A DNA stretch of 64,000 nucleotides from an uncultured Ruminococcus sp. (lineage in GTDB: Bacteria > Bacillota > Clostridia > Oscillospirales > Ruminococcaceae), in the NCBI GenBank assembly GCA_937910385.1, contig CALEPT010000123.1, positions 26,080 to 90,079 on the forward strand, read 5' to 3'. The stretch's first letter is position 1; the number at the start of each line of letters is the position of its first letter. Both the position numbers and the translations under genes were made by a program. The notes beneath the pieces were generated by a model that was not told the DNA's origin, did not search any database, and saw only the letters and a list, made by a program, of their open reading frames with translations. Shown in pieces: positions 9,735 through 19,100 of the stretch.

Positions 9735-10145
9735 ATGCTGAAGGACATAGTAGACAGTGTAGCAGAGGCTCTTTCCGAAAGCGGTGTAGATGAGGTATAC
9801 AGCGCTTTTGACGCAATTCCGATAGATAATAAGAGCAAAAGCTTTTTTACGACAGTCGGGATAAGTGCTTTTGAAAGCAGCGTGCCTATCTACACTTATT
9901 TTATGATATACCTGCCGTTCAAAGCAGAGCTTGAGATAAATGTGACAGCCCCGAAAAATATCTCAATGGAGCAGCTATACAATTATTATGACGAAAAGAT
10001 ACAGCCCGTCGTTCACAGATTAGAGGGACTTAGCTGCTCTGTGAAAAAGCTCTCGCTGAGGTATGATACGAATGTGCAGCGACTTGTTCTGTGTGCAAGG
10101 CTTTCCGCAAGCGGTATGACTAAATTTGAAAGGAGCAGTCTATGA
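9735..10145 (+). CDS. Hypothetical protein, putative tail-terminator/neck protein
   Basis: 136 aa alpha/beta pattern, tightly coupled; function from position only. Confidence 0.4.
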   Translation: MLKDIVDSVAEALSESGVDEVYSAFDAIPIDNKSKSFFTTVGISAFESSVPIYTYFMIYLPFKAELEINVTAPKNISMEQLYNYYDEKIQPVVHRLEGLSCSVKKLSLRYDTNVQRLVLCARLSASGMTKFERSSL

Positions 10146-10537
10146 CAGAAACCACGACTCTGACTTCACGTGAGGCGGTGCCTGTAACGATAGGCTTGAT
10201 AACGCTGTATTGTGAGAATTTCAAGGCTTCCGCAGCAAGGCGGTTAACGGAAGAGTCTACAGTTGCAGGAGAAGGAGTAATAACAAATGATTCAAATCGA
10301 GCTATGGAAATGACCTTTTCCGGCAGAGTATATGATGAGCAAGAGCCGCTCCGTTATCTGCTCTACGCATATAATATGCTCAGAAGCGGAATGACTGCCT
10401 CTCTCAACTACAGAGGGCTTTCATTTTCCGCCTGCCATATGAAGGCGTTTAATATAGAGGACATCGGCGAGGAATATTACAATATCTCCATAACTGTTAT
10501 GACCCAAAACAGCGTAGCATGGGAGGGGAATAACTGA
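10142..10537 (+). CDS. Hypothetical protein, possible tube/distal-tail-like beta protein
   Basis: 131 aa, beta-rich, ATGA overlap. Confidence 0.35.
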   Translation: MTETTTLTSREAVPVTIGLITLYCENFKASAARRLTEESTVAGEGVITNDSNRAMEMTFSGRVYDEQEPLRYLLYAYNMLRSGMTASLNYRGLSFSACHMKAFNIEDIGEEYYNISITVMTQNSVAWEGNN

Positions 10538-11460
10538 TGACGGCAAAGATCATAGTCAAGAATACAGACAGTTCGACTGCCGAGGAGACCAAGCTGCTGT
10601 CATTTAAGCTGAAAAAGGAGGCATACCTTCCGTATACGCTGCTGAGTGCGCGCATACTGACTGATGCTTCAGCGTTTGAGAGTGCTTCAGAGATAATGCT
10701 GTATATAGGCACAAAAATGGTCCATCACGGTTTGATAGACTCGCTGAAAACAGTAACGACAGGCAAGAAGAACATCACTGTGCTGAATTCAAGGGGGTTC
10801 ACCTCACTGCTCTGTCAGAATCAGATAGAGCCGGGAATGAAAACGGGCGTTTCTATCAACAGCCTGATGGACAGCTTTTATACTCTTCCATATGTAGAGC
10901 ATGAAAACAATTCCGATACGAGCAATTACATATATGTTAAAAGCAATTCGTCAATGTGGGATTCGCTTGTGAATCTCTCGTATAAGCTTTGCGGCACATA
11001 TCCTTACATAAGGGGGACGAATACCGTCAGGATAACTCAGTATGGCTCTCCGGTCAGCTACAGCTATAATTCGAGTCAGCTTCTTACGAAAGGAACAGAG
11101 CTTGTTCTTCGCCGTGTGATAAGTGATTTTCATATGTCTGATATAAACGGAGACTATGGTACCTATGATCTGACAGACAGTGACGCTGTTTCCAGAAAAA
11201 TAGTACGCCACAAGTATTTCGAGCTTGACAGGCAGTTTCTGTATTCTCCTCAGCAGGCTCTTGAATACAGGGACAAGTATGCTTTCAGAGGATTCAGACG
11301 GCATTTCTGCTCGTACAGCGGCTACAGCGGCGAGGAGCTTTCTGACGTTGTAACGTTCGGGAGCATAACTTCGGGCAGGATATCCTGTATAGAGATAACC
11401 GGAAGCAGCAAGGGCATTGTTACGGAGCTGAGCGTATATAACGATAAATTCCCGCATTAA
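10537..11460 (+). CDS. Hypothetical protein, possible baseplate hub-like
   Basis: 307 aa, last gene of the operon, TGATG coupling. Confidence 0.35.
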   Translation: MTAKIIVKNTDSSTAEETKLLSFKLKKEAYLPYTLLSARILTDASAFESASEIMLYIGTKMVHHGLIDSLKTVTTGKKNITVLNSRGFTSLLCQNQIEPGMKTGVSINSLMDSFYTLPYVEHENNSDTSNYIYVKSNSSMWDSLVNLSYKLCGTYPYIRGTNTVRITQYGSPVSYSYNSSQLLTKGTELVLRRVISDFHMSDINGDYGTYDLTDSDAVSRKIVRHKYFELDRQFLYSPQQALEYRDKYAFRGFRRHFCSYSGYSGEELSDVVTFGSITSGRISCIEITGSSKGIVTELSVYNDKFPH

Positions 11461-11471
11461 TATGGCTTACG

Positions 11472-11504
11472 AAAAAAGCCGAGGTATCAACACCTCGGCT
11501 TTTT
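11472..11504. terminator. Bidirectional intrinsic terminator
   Basis: AAAAAAGCCGAGG..CCTCGGCTTTTT between convergent genes. Confidence 0.85.
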
Positions 11505-11509
11505 ATATA

Positions 11510-14173
11510 TTATGATTCAGGGAGCTCGGGTATGAGCTTGAGCATGTATTTCTGTATCGAAAGGGCATCCATCGCGGTAATGCCGCTTCCGTTCTGATAT
11601 ACGTCGCCGTTGATGAGACCCTGATCTGTTATGTGGTCGCTGCTGCTGCCATCAACACCGTATTTTCCGGGGTTTGCAATAGACTGCAGCAGGAGTACCG
11701 AATCAGAAAGATCTACTGACTTGTCGCAGTTTGCGTCGCCCCAGACTGTAGTGCTGTTCTTGGTTGTCGTGGTAGTTGTGGGCTGGGGAGTATCACCGCT
11801 TGAAAGCATTCCATAAACGATACCGCAGCCGACGGTGGACATATAAACAGTGCCGAATTCATTCATATCGCCGACAAGGAAGTTTCCGTTGCCCGTGCCG
11901 CCGTAGAGGTGATCGGTATTGATGCATACCCAGCTCTTGCCCGCGTCGGTCGAGCGGTAAATACCTTCAATGTCATTTTCAGTAGGTCTGCCGTATATAT
12001 ACAGCGTATTTGCTCCGCCGTCCTTTTCGGGAGCGCCATATCCGACACACTTGGCATAGAATACGCTGTCAAGCTTTGTTACAGTCTTGCCGCTGTTTGT
12101 TATGATATAAAGTCCGTACCAGCCGGCTGCCATAGCTATAGTATCCTCGCTCACATAAGCAAGATCGCCTGTATTATCGCACTGGTCGTAGCGGCATACC
12201 TGAGTTTCCGTGAAGGTCTTGCCATAGTCCTTGCTTATATAGAATGAATAGTGGCATTCATCAAGGGTCGGCTCGGATTTTGTTGTATCATAGAACCAGT
12301 ACTGGTTGTATCTCGTGCCCGTAGCATAAACTATCGAAGGATCACCGGGGTCAACCGTTGTATAGACTGTCTTGTCGCTGTTTATGCCTGTAGTTTCTGT
12401 CCATGTCTTGCCGAAGTCGTCAGTGTAGGAAAGCGCTCCGCTCGTGCTGGAGCAGAATATTCTGTAGGTGCTCTTATCAAGCTGTGTTATAGCAGCCTTT
12501 CCGCCGGTTGGATTATTTGAGAGCGACTGCCATGTCTTACCCCTGTCAGTAGTGTAGAAGCCTGTACCTGCCTTGCTTGTGTTGCTCTCTGCGATACGCA
12601 CCCAAACGTCTGTATTCTGGGGGCATACGGCAATTGCAGATGTAGAGCCCATATTAGGGGAGTATTGCAGACCAATATCGGTTTTTGTCAGGTGAACATA
12701 GCCGTCGTAGTCTCCGATAGCAGAGAGGTCAAGGCCGTCAGAAGTGCTCACGAAGTCAAGTGCAACGACCTCCTCGATACCCTCGGGATCAAAGTAGAAC
12801 TGAACGTCCTGTTCGTCCCATACGTTATCACAGGCAAAAACTCCGTTTCCGCTTGTGAGAAGGACCTTGTCGGGGTCGCACGGATCTATGACCATGCTGC
12901 TTCCCCAGTGACAAGCCTTACCGTATATCCATTCATAACCGTTTGTATCAATAGGAAGTGAAATGGTATACTCAGTTCCTTCGTATTTATTGCCGCCTTT
13001 TTTTCCGGGCGTTATATTTGTCCATGTATCGCCGCCGTCCTCGGAGCGGAAGAAATAATCTCCCCATGCGATAGAGGTGTCTGTCCATTCATCTTCATAC
13101 CACTGATCGAGCCACGCTCCGCAGGTTCTTGTGACGAGCTTATCGGGGTCGTTTTTATCAACTGAGACAACGCCGAAGCCGTTTCCGGATGGTGAAACGT
13201 CCTTTACTGTTCCGGCAGATGTATTATACTTGAAAATACCCTTTGAACCTGTAGTAAACGCAAGTCCGCCTATATAGGTGAAATACAGATTCCCGTTATT
13301 ATCGGGGCAGATGCTTACGGGATAAACATCAGTGGGAAGGTCTGAGGAAAGCTCGGTGAACTTATCGTTCTTGATATCGGCAACGTGGATATTGGTCTTG
13401 CCCGTTACAGCCGTACCTACATAAACTTTTCCACCGTATATAGCTATCGCATCAATACCGTTCTGATGATTATATTCATCAGAAGACAGAGCCTTTACCT
13501 CGCGGCTGCCCCAAGAGGGCCAGTTGATAGTCTCGGTGTAGAGACCGAGGTCATCATAGCCTTTGACCGTATTCCAAGTCTTACCGCCATCGGTAGACTT
13601 TATTAGGCACGAGCTGCCTGCTGAGACATCTCCGCCGGCATAGATGATGTTCGGGTCGTCTGGGTCTACCGCGATCGGCTCGGAGCACTCTCTGCCGTCG
13701 CCGTTTGCATGAACGAGTATCATATCCGTGACGTCATAGCGCGAGAAAGTCTTACCGCCGTCGGTAGTCTTGAATATAACTGTTTCCTCGGCACTGAAAT
13801 AAGCGCAGCCGCAAAGAAAATATACCGTATCATCGTCAGTGGGGTCTATAGCGATACCGCTTACCGACAGAAGACCTCTGTCCGCCTCGTTGAGGAAGCC
13901 AAAGAGCTGATCCCATTCCCCTGTCTCATAGTTATACTTGTAAGCACCGCCAACATCGGTACGTGCGTACATATTCTCCTGACCGGTAACGATAGCTGAA
14001 ACGAAACCGCCGCCTCCTATAGTCAGCGTATCCCATTCCATACTTGAGGAAATATCCTCGACGGCAGCCGAGGCTTTGATGTCCGAACTGCCCATCATGC
14101 CCGAGGAAGGCAGGCAGGCAGCGCACAGGCAAGCAGCTATAAAGGCTGCCTGTGCTTTTTTGATAGCTTTCAT
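11510..14173 (-). CDS. GH74 xyloglucanase-like enzyme with C-terminal dockerin
   Basis: Signal peptide, IGGGGFV, YARTDVGGAY, BNR repeats, Thr linker, GDANCD dockerin. Confidence 0.92.
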   Translation of the reverse strand: MKAIKKAQAAFIAACLCAACLPSSGMMGSSDIKASAAVEDISSSMEWDTLTIGGGGFVSAIVTGQENMYARTDVGGAYKYNYETGEWDQLFGFLNEADRGLLSVSGIAIDPTDDDTVYFLCGCAYFSAEETVIFKTTDGGKTFSRYDVTDMILVHANGDGRECSEPIAVDPDDPNIIYAGGDVSAGSSCLIKSTDGGKTWNTVKGYDDLGLYTETINWPSWGSREVKALSSDEYNHQNGIDAIAIYGGKVYVGTAVTGKTNIHVADIKNDKFTELSSDLPTDVYPVSICPDNNGNLYFTYIGGLAFTTGSKGIFKYNTSAGTVKDVSPSGNGFGVVSVDKNDPDKLVTRTCGAWLDQWYEDEWTDTSIAWGDYFFRSEDGGDTWTNITPGKKGGNKYEGTEYTISLPIDTNGYEWIYGKACHWGSSMVIDPCDPDKVLLTSGNGVFACDNVWDEQDVQFYFDPEGIEEVVALDFVSTSDGLDLSAIGDYDGYVHLTKTDIGLQYSPNMGSTSAIAVCPQNTDVWVRIAESNTSKAGTGFYTTDRGKTWQSLSNNPTGGKAAITQLDKSTYRIFCSSTSGALSYTDDFGKTWTETTGINSDKTVYTTVDPGDPSIVYATGTRYNQYWFYDTTKSEPTLDECHYSFYISKDYGKTFTETQVCRYDQCDNTGDLAYVSEDTIAMAAGWYGLYIITNSGKTVTKLDSVFYAKCVGYGAPEKDGGANTLYIYGRPTENDIEGIYRSTDAGKSWVCINTDHLYGGTGNGNFLVGDMNEFGTVYMSTVGCGIVYGMLSSGDTPQPTTTTTTKNSTTVWGDANCDKSVDLSDSVLLLQSIANPGKYGVDGSSSDHITDQGLINGDVYQNGSGITAMDALSIQKYMLKLIPELPES

Positions 14174-14297
14174 TTAACATCCCTCCAGATTTGATATTTG
14201 TGTGAAAAACACCTTTATCGTACAATTTATAACAATGTTATTTTATCATATTTTTACAGTGATGTCAACAGAGAGACAGCGAAAATCTGAGAATTTT

Positions 14298-14825
14298 TTA
14301 CTCAATGCAATTAATACAAACAGAAATTGCAAATTCATTTTTATAAATATATTGCTTGAAGTCATATCCTTTGATCGCGGATAATATCCTGCCGTCCTGG
14401 AATGAAAAGTCAGTTTCTTTCATATCATAAGCGATACCCCTGCCTATAGCCTTGCCATAGGCTTCTTTCAGTGTCCATAGCCGCGTGAAGATCATGTCTT
14501 TTTCAGCATCCGCAGCAGATTCTACAATGGCTTTTTCTTTGTCAGAAAAGGCTCTTTTTATGACATTCGTGCGAAAGGAACGCACTCTTTCGCAGTCTAT
14601 ACCGCATTCACGGCAGGAGACAATGCAGGCGGCTATGCCGTCCGCGTGAGAGAGGTTATAGTGAACCTCGGGATATTGCGGCAGATAGGGTTTGCCAAGT
14701 GCATTCTTTGCAGCGGTTTTTTCATTGTAGTCTATCCCGCGCTTTCTCAGGCACTCTCTCAGAAGCGAGTGGGCGTGGGCGTGCTGTTGATTTTTTTCTA
14801 TATCAAGAATGGATATCATAAGCAT
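14298..14825 (-). CDS. 4'-phosphopantetheinyl transferase (Sfp-like)
   Basis: GKP, NLSHA, GIDCE and WTLKEAYGKAIGRG motifs. Confidence 0.9.
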   Translation of the reverse strand: MLMISILDIEKNQQHAHAHSLLRECLRKRGIDYNEKTAAKNALGKPYLPQYPEVHYNLSHADGIAACIVSCRECGIDCERVRSFRTNVIKRAFSDKEKAIVESAADAEKDMIFTRLWTLKEAYGKAIGRGIAYDMKETDFSFQDGRILSAIKGYDFKQYIYKNEFAISVCINCIE

Positions 14826-14955
14826 TGCAGTCACCTCAATTTAATTAATGTCTGCTCACAACTTAAAATTGGCTTTAATAAAAAGTAGAAAGCCAATTTT
14901 TAGTTGCCAAAGTGCAAGAAAAATTAATAATACTGATGTTTTTTCTTGCACTTTG

Positions 14956-15088
14956 TTTTGCCCGTAAGGGCAAAATGAGCATGACATAAAGAAATGTGAT
15001 GCGCAAATCCCCTGTTTTATATGGAATTTGCGCTCTCCGAACGAAATTCGGGGCAATAACCGTCGTCAGTCGGTTATTGAGGACACAT
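14956..15088 (-). ncRNA. Candidate structured RNA, copy 1 (strand tentative)
   Basis: Four-way junction plus extra hairpin; homologous to 58390-58528; sigma-A-like promoter immediately upstream on the minus strand. Confidence 0.55.
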
Positions 15089-15090
15089 TA

Positions 15091-15119
15091 ATTATAACAA
15101 ATACATCGCATAAATTCAA
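15091..15119 (-). promoter_or_regulatory. Sigma-A-like promoter
   Basis: TTGAAT-N17-TATAAT with extended -10 TG. Confidence 0.65.
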
Positions 15120-15176
15120 TAAAAATTTGGAGGGCTCATGCAGTATTCTACAATGATCTGTATATAATTCTTTAAA

Positions 15177-15283
15177 CCGTGACATAAGCAAAAAACTCCC
15201 CCGACCTTTCAGTTGGGTACTCATATAGAAGTTTTGAGCCATAGTATTTCTGATATACAGTCAGAAGTACTATGGCGTTTTTA
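15177..15283 (+). repeat. Conserved motif plus terminator-like hairpin (copy A)
   Basis: CTCCCCCGACC-N11-TACTCATATAGAAGTTTTG, matched in inverted orientation at 16061-16099. Confidence 0.7.
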
Positions 15284-15312
15284 TTGACTTAACAGAGAAT
15301 ATTTGCTATAAT
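15284..15312 (+). promoter_or_regulatory. Sigma-A-like promoter of the acetyltransferase gene
   Basis: TTGACT-N17-TATAAT with extended -10 TG. Confidence 0.75.
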
Positions 15313-15351
15313 TGTTACAAAGACAAATTGAAGTTTATGGAGGTAGATGAA

Positions 15352-15993
15352 ATGAAAGACGGAATCGTTCCAAATCCGAACAACATTCATCCAATAGCCG
15401 GATATGATAAAGAAATATACGTCAAACCGACGATTAAGAATCCGAATATTATCGTCGGAGATTTCACCTACATTGCAGACTCAGAATTTGATAGTCATGT
15501 AACAAACTATTATCCATGGAGCAGGGATAGGCTTATCATTGGTAAATTCTGTCAGATCGCAGCAGGTGTTGAGTTTATGATGAATGCTGCAAATCACCAG
15601 ATGAATGCGGTAACGACATTCCCATTTTATACGCTTGAGGGATGGGAAATGAACGCTCCTGATCCGTCTGAAATGCCGTTCAAAGGGGATACTGTGATCG
15701 GCAATGACGTTTGGATCGGACAAAACGCAGTGATCCTTTCCGGCGTTCATATCGGCGACGGTGCGATTATTGGAGCAAACAGCATTGTCGGCAGTGATGT
15801 CGATCCGTTTACAATCGTTGTTGGAAATCCATCAAAGCCTTTGAGGAAACGCTTTGATGATGAGTTGATTGAACTCCTGCTTCGTTTCAAGTGGTGGGAC
15901 AAGAGTATAGATGAAATAAACAAATTGATCCCTCTTTTGACTTGCAGCGAATTAGAAGAAGTCAAGGAAGAAATCAAGAAACGGATAGAGTGA
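15352..15993 (+). CDS. Vat/CatB-family hexapeptide xenobiotic acetyltransferase (streptogramin A acetyltransferase-like)
   Basis: NPNIIVGDFTY, IGKFCQIA, KGDTVIGNDVWIG and KWWD motifs. Confidence 0.88.
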   Translation: MKDGIVPNPNNIHPIAGYDKEIYVKPTIKNPNIIVGDFTYIADSEFDSHVTNYYPWSRDRLIIGKFCQIAAGVEFMMNAANHQMNAVTTFPFYTLEGWEMNAPDPSEMPFKGDTVIGNDVWIGQNAVILSGVHIGDGAIIGANSIVGSDVDPFTIVVGNPSKPLRKRFDDELIELLLRFKWWDKSIDEINKLIPLLTCSELEEVKEEIKKRIE

Positions 15994-16030
15994 TATATAC
16001 TGATTTAGCTTAATAACCGAATAAACACAA

Positions 16031-16118
16031 TGCCCCTGAGTGCTTTCTCACACTCAGGGGCAAAACTTCTATATGAGTATTCGCCTTCGGTCGGGGGAGA
16101 ATTTTGTTTCATGCGCGG
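16031..16118 (-). repeat. Conserved motif plus terminator hairpin (copy B), in the PFOR 3' region
   Basis: Minus strand CTCCCCCGACC-N9-TACTCATATAGAAGTTTTG, then TGCCCCTGAGTG/CACTCAGGGGCA. Confidence 0.7.
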
Positions 16119-16176
16119 AATGTTACTTCCGTTACCTCATTAGTGCAGCGAGAAGCTGCCGGCGAGGGATCCCCGC

Positions 16177-19100
16177 TTAGTCCTGACCGTACAGAGCTGT
16201 AAGTCTTGTGAGGTAATCGTAACGGTCCTTAGCGTTAGCAACAGCAGTATCGAACAGCTTCTCAGCTCTCTCGGGGTTCTGACGTGCGAGAGAGTTGTAA
16301 CGAACCTCACCCATGAGGAAGTTCTTGTACTCGTCTGTGTTAGGAGCCTTGGAATCGAGAGTGAAGGGGTTCTTGCCCTGAGCCTTGAGATCAGGATTGT
16401 ATCTGTAGAGGTGCCAGTAACCAGCCTCAACAGCCTTCTTCTCCTCAGCCTGAGCAGTAGCCATACCTGTCTTGATACCGTGGTTGATACAAGGAGCGTA
16501 AGCAATAACGATCGAAGGACCGTCATAAGCCTCAGCCTCAGCGAATGCCTTGATACACTGGTTCATGTTAGCGCCCATAGCAACGTGAGCAACATATACG
16601 TAGCCGTAGCTCATTGCGATACCTGCGAGATCCTTCTTCTTAACTACCTTACCTGCGGCAGCGAACTGTGCGATAGCGCCTGTAGGAGTAGACTTGGAAG
16701 CCTGTCCGCCTGTATTTGAGTAAACCTCTGTATCGAATACGAGGATATTAACGTTTTTGCCCTGTGCGATAACGTGGTCGAGACCTCCGAAGCCGATATC
16801 GTAAGCCCAGCCGTCGCCGCCGAAGATCCACTGAGACTTCTTGCTGAGATAGTCCTTCTCCTTGAGGATAGCCTTGGCATCATCACAGCCGCAAGCCTCG
16901 AGAGCTTCTACGAGCTTGTCTGTAGCGATGTTGTTTGCAGCGCCGTCATTGAATGTGTCGAAGTACTCAGCAATAGCAGCCTTGACATCAGGATTCTCAG
17001 CCTTTTCTTCAAGAGCCTTTACCTTGGCAACGACTCTGTTTCTGAGAGTTTCCTGAGCGAGGTACATACCGTAACCGAACTCAGCGTTATCCTCGAAGAG
17101 TGAGTTGCTCCAAGCAGGACCTCTGCCCTTCTTGTTTACTGTGTAAGGTGTAGAAGGAGCCGATCCGCCCCAGATAGATGAGCAGCCTGTAGCGTTAGCG
17201 ATCATCATTCTGTCGCCGAAGAGCTGTGTTACGAGCTTAGCATAAGGAGTTTCTCCGCAGCCTGCGCAGGCACCTGAGAATTCGAGGAGGGGCTGTCTGA
17301 ACTGAGAGCCCTTGACTGTATCAGCCTTGAATTTAGCAGCGACCTCGGGCTTTTCATCGAGAGTTCTGCCGTAGTTGAATACCTCCTGCTGGTCGAGCTG
17401 AGAAGCGATAGGCTCCATAACGAGAGCTTTTTCCTTAGCAGGGCAAACGTTAGCACAAACGCCGCAGCCTGTGCAGTCGAGAGTAGAAACTGTCATAGCG
17501 AACTTGAGGTCGCCGATAGCGGGCTTGAATGCAGCGGTCTTTGTCTGAGCAGGAGCTGCGGAAGCCTCAGCCTCTGTCATTGCAACAGGTCTGATTACAG
17601 CGTGCGGACAAACATATGCGCACTGGTTACACTGGATACAGTTCTCGGGGATCCAGCTTGGTACCTTAACGGCAATACCGCGCTTCTCGAAAGCAGCCGA
17701 GCCCTGCGGGAATGTACCGTCAGCCATGTCTACGAATGTAGATACAGGCAGGTTGTTACCCTCCTGAGCGTTGCAGGGGATCTGGATATTGTTTACGTAA
17801 TCCTGGAGTTTCTTGTCGTCGCAGGTAACTGCAGCCATACCCATCTGAGTATCAGCAGCGTCCTTCCATGAATCGGGAACGTCTACCTTTACGATGTTCT
17901 GGTGACCTGCGTCGATAGCGTTCCAGTTCTTCTCAACAACGTCCTGACCCTTCTTGCTGTAGGAAGCCTCTGCAGCAGCCTTCATGTAGCCGAGAGCGTC
18001 CTCGAAGGGGATGATATTAGCGAGCTTGAAGAAAGCAGACTGGAGAATGGTGTTGATACGAGTGCCCATTCCTGTCTCTTCACCGAGCTTAACACCGTTG
18101 ATGATGTAGAAGTTGATGTTATTCTGAGCGATATATCTCTTTACCTGTCCGGGAAGGTTAGCATCGAGCTCTTCGGGGCTCCAGATAGTATTCAGGAGGA
18201 AAGTACCGCCGGGCTTGATGTCGGAAACCATATCGTACTTGTCGATATAGCTCTGATTATGACAGGCAACGAAGTCTGCCTTATTGATGAGGTAGGTTGA
18301 CTTGATAGGAGTCTTACCGAAGCGGAGGTGAGAGATAGTTACACCGCCGGACTTCTTAGAGTCGTATGCAAAATAAGCCTGAGCATAGAGGTCTGTGTGG
18401 TCGCCGATGATCTTGATAGAGTTCTTGTTAGCGCCAACAGTACCGTCCGAGCCGAGACCCCAGAACTTACAAGCTGTTGTGCCTGCGGGAGCTGAATCGG
18501 GGTTCTCTTCAAGAGGAAGCGAGAGATTTGTAACGTCGTCCTCAATGCCGATAGTGAAGCGGGGCTTCTCGGTGTTCTTGAATACAGCAACGATCTGAGC
18601 GGGAACTGTGTCCTTGGAGCCAAGACCGTAACGACCTGTAAATACAGGGATATCGTTGAACTTAGTGCCCTTGAGAGCAGCAACAACGTCGAGGTAGAGG
18701 GGCTCGCCAAGAGAGCCGGGCTCCTTTGTTCTGTCGAGAACGGAGATCCTCTTTACGCTGTCCGGGATAGCTTCAACGAGCTTTTCAGCAACGAAAGGTC
18801 TGTAGAGGCGAACCTTAACGAGACCGTACTTGCCGCCCTGAGCGTTGAGGTAGTCGATGGTCTCTTCGATAGTCTCGTTTACAGAGCCCATAGCGATGAT
18901 GATGTGCTCAGCGTCGGGAGCTCCGTAGTAGTTGAAGAGCTTGTAATCCGTACCGATGAGGTCGTTTACCTTGTTCATGTAGTCCTCAACGATAGCGGGG
19001 AGAGCGTCATAGTACTTGTTGCAGGCCTCACGAGCCTGGAAGAAGATGTCAGGGTTCTGAGCAGATCCGCGCAGAACAGGTCTCTCAGGGTGGAGAGCGC

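Larger units (their letters stand above)
4433..11460 (+). mobile_element. Minimal phage-derived morphogenesis operon (GTA-like or prophage remnant)
   Basis: Nine intact co-directional genes; no integrase, replication, tape-measure or lysis genes nearby. Confidence 0.8.

Noticed and set aside
16060..16160. Hammerhead-ribozyme-like CTAATGAG...GAAAC on the minus strand
   Set aside because: Core reads CUAAUGA rather than CUGANGA, and no UH cleavage site follows the would-be stem III
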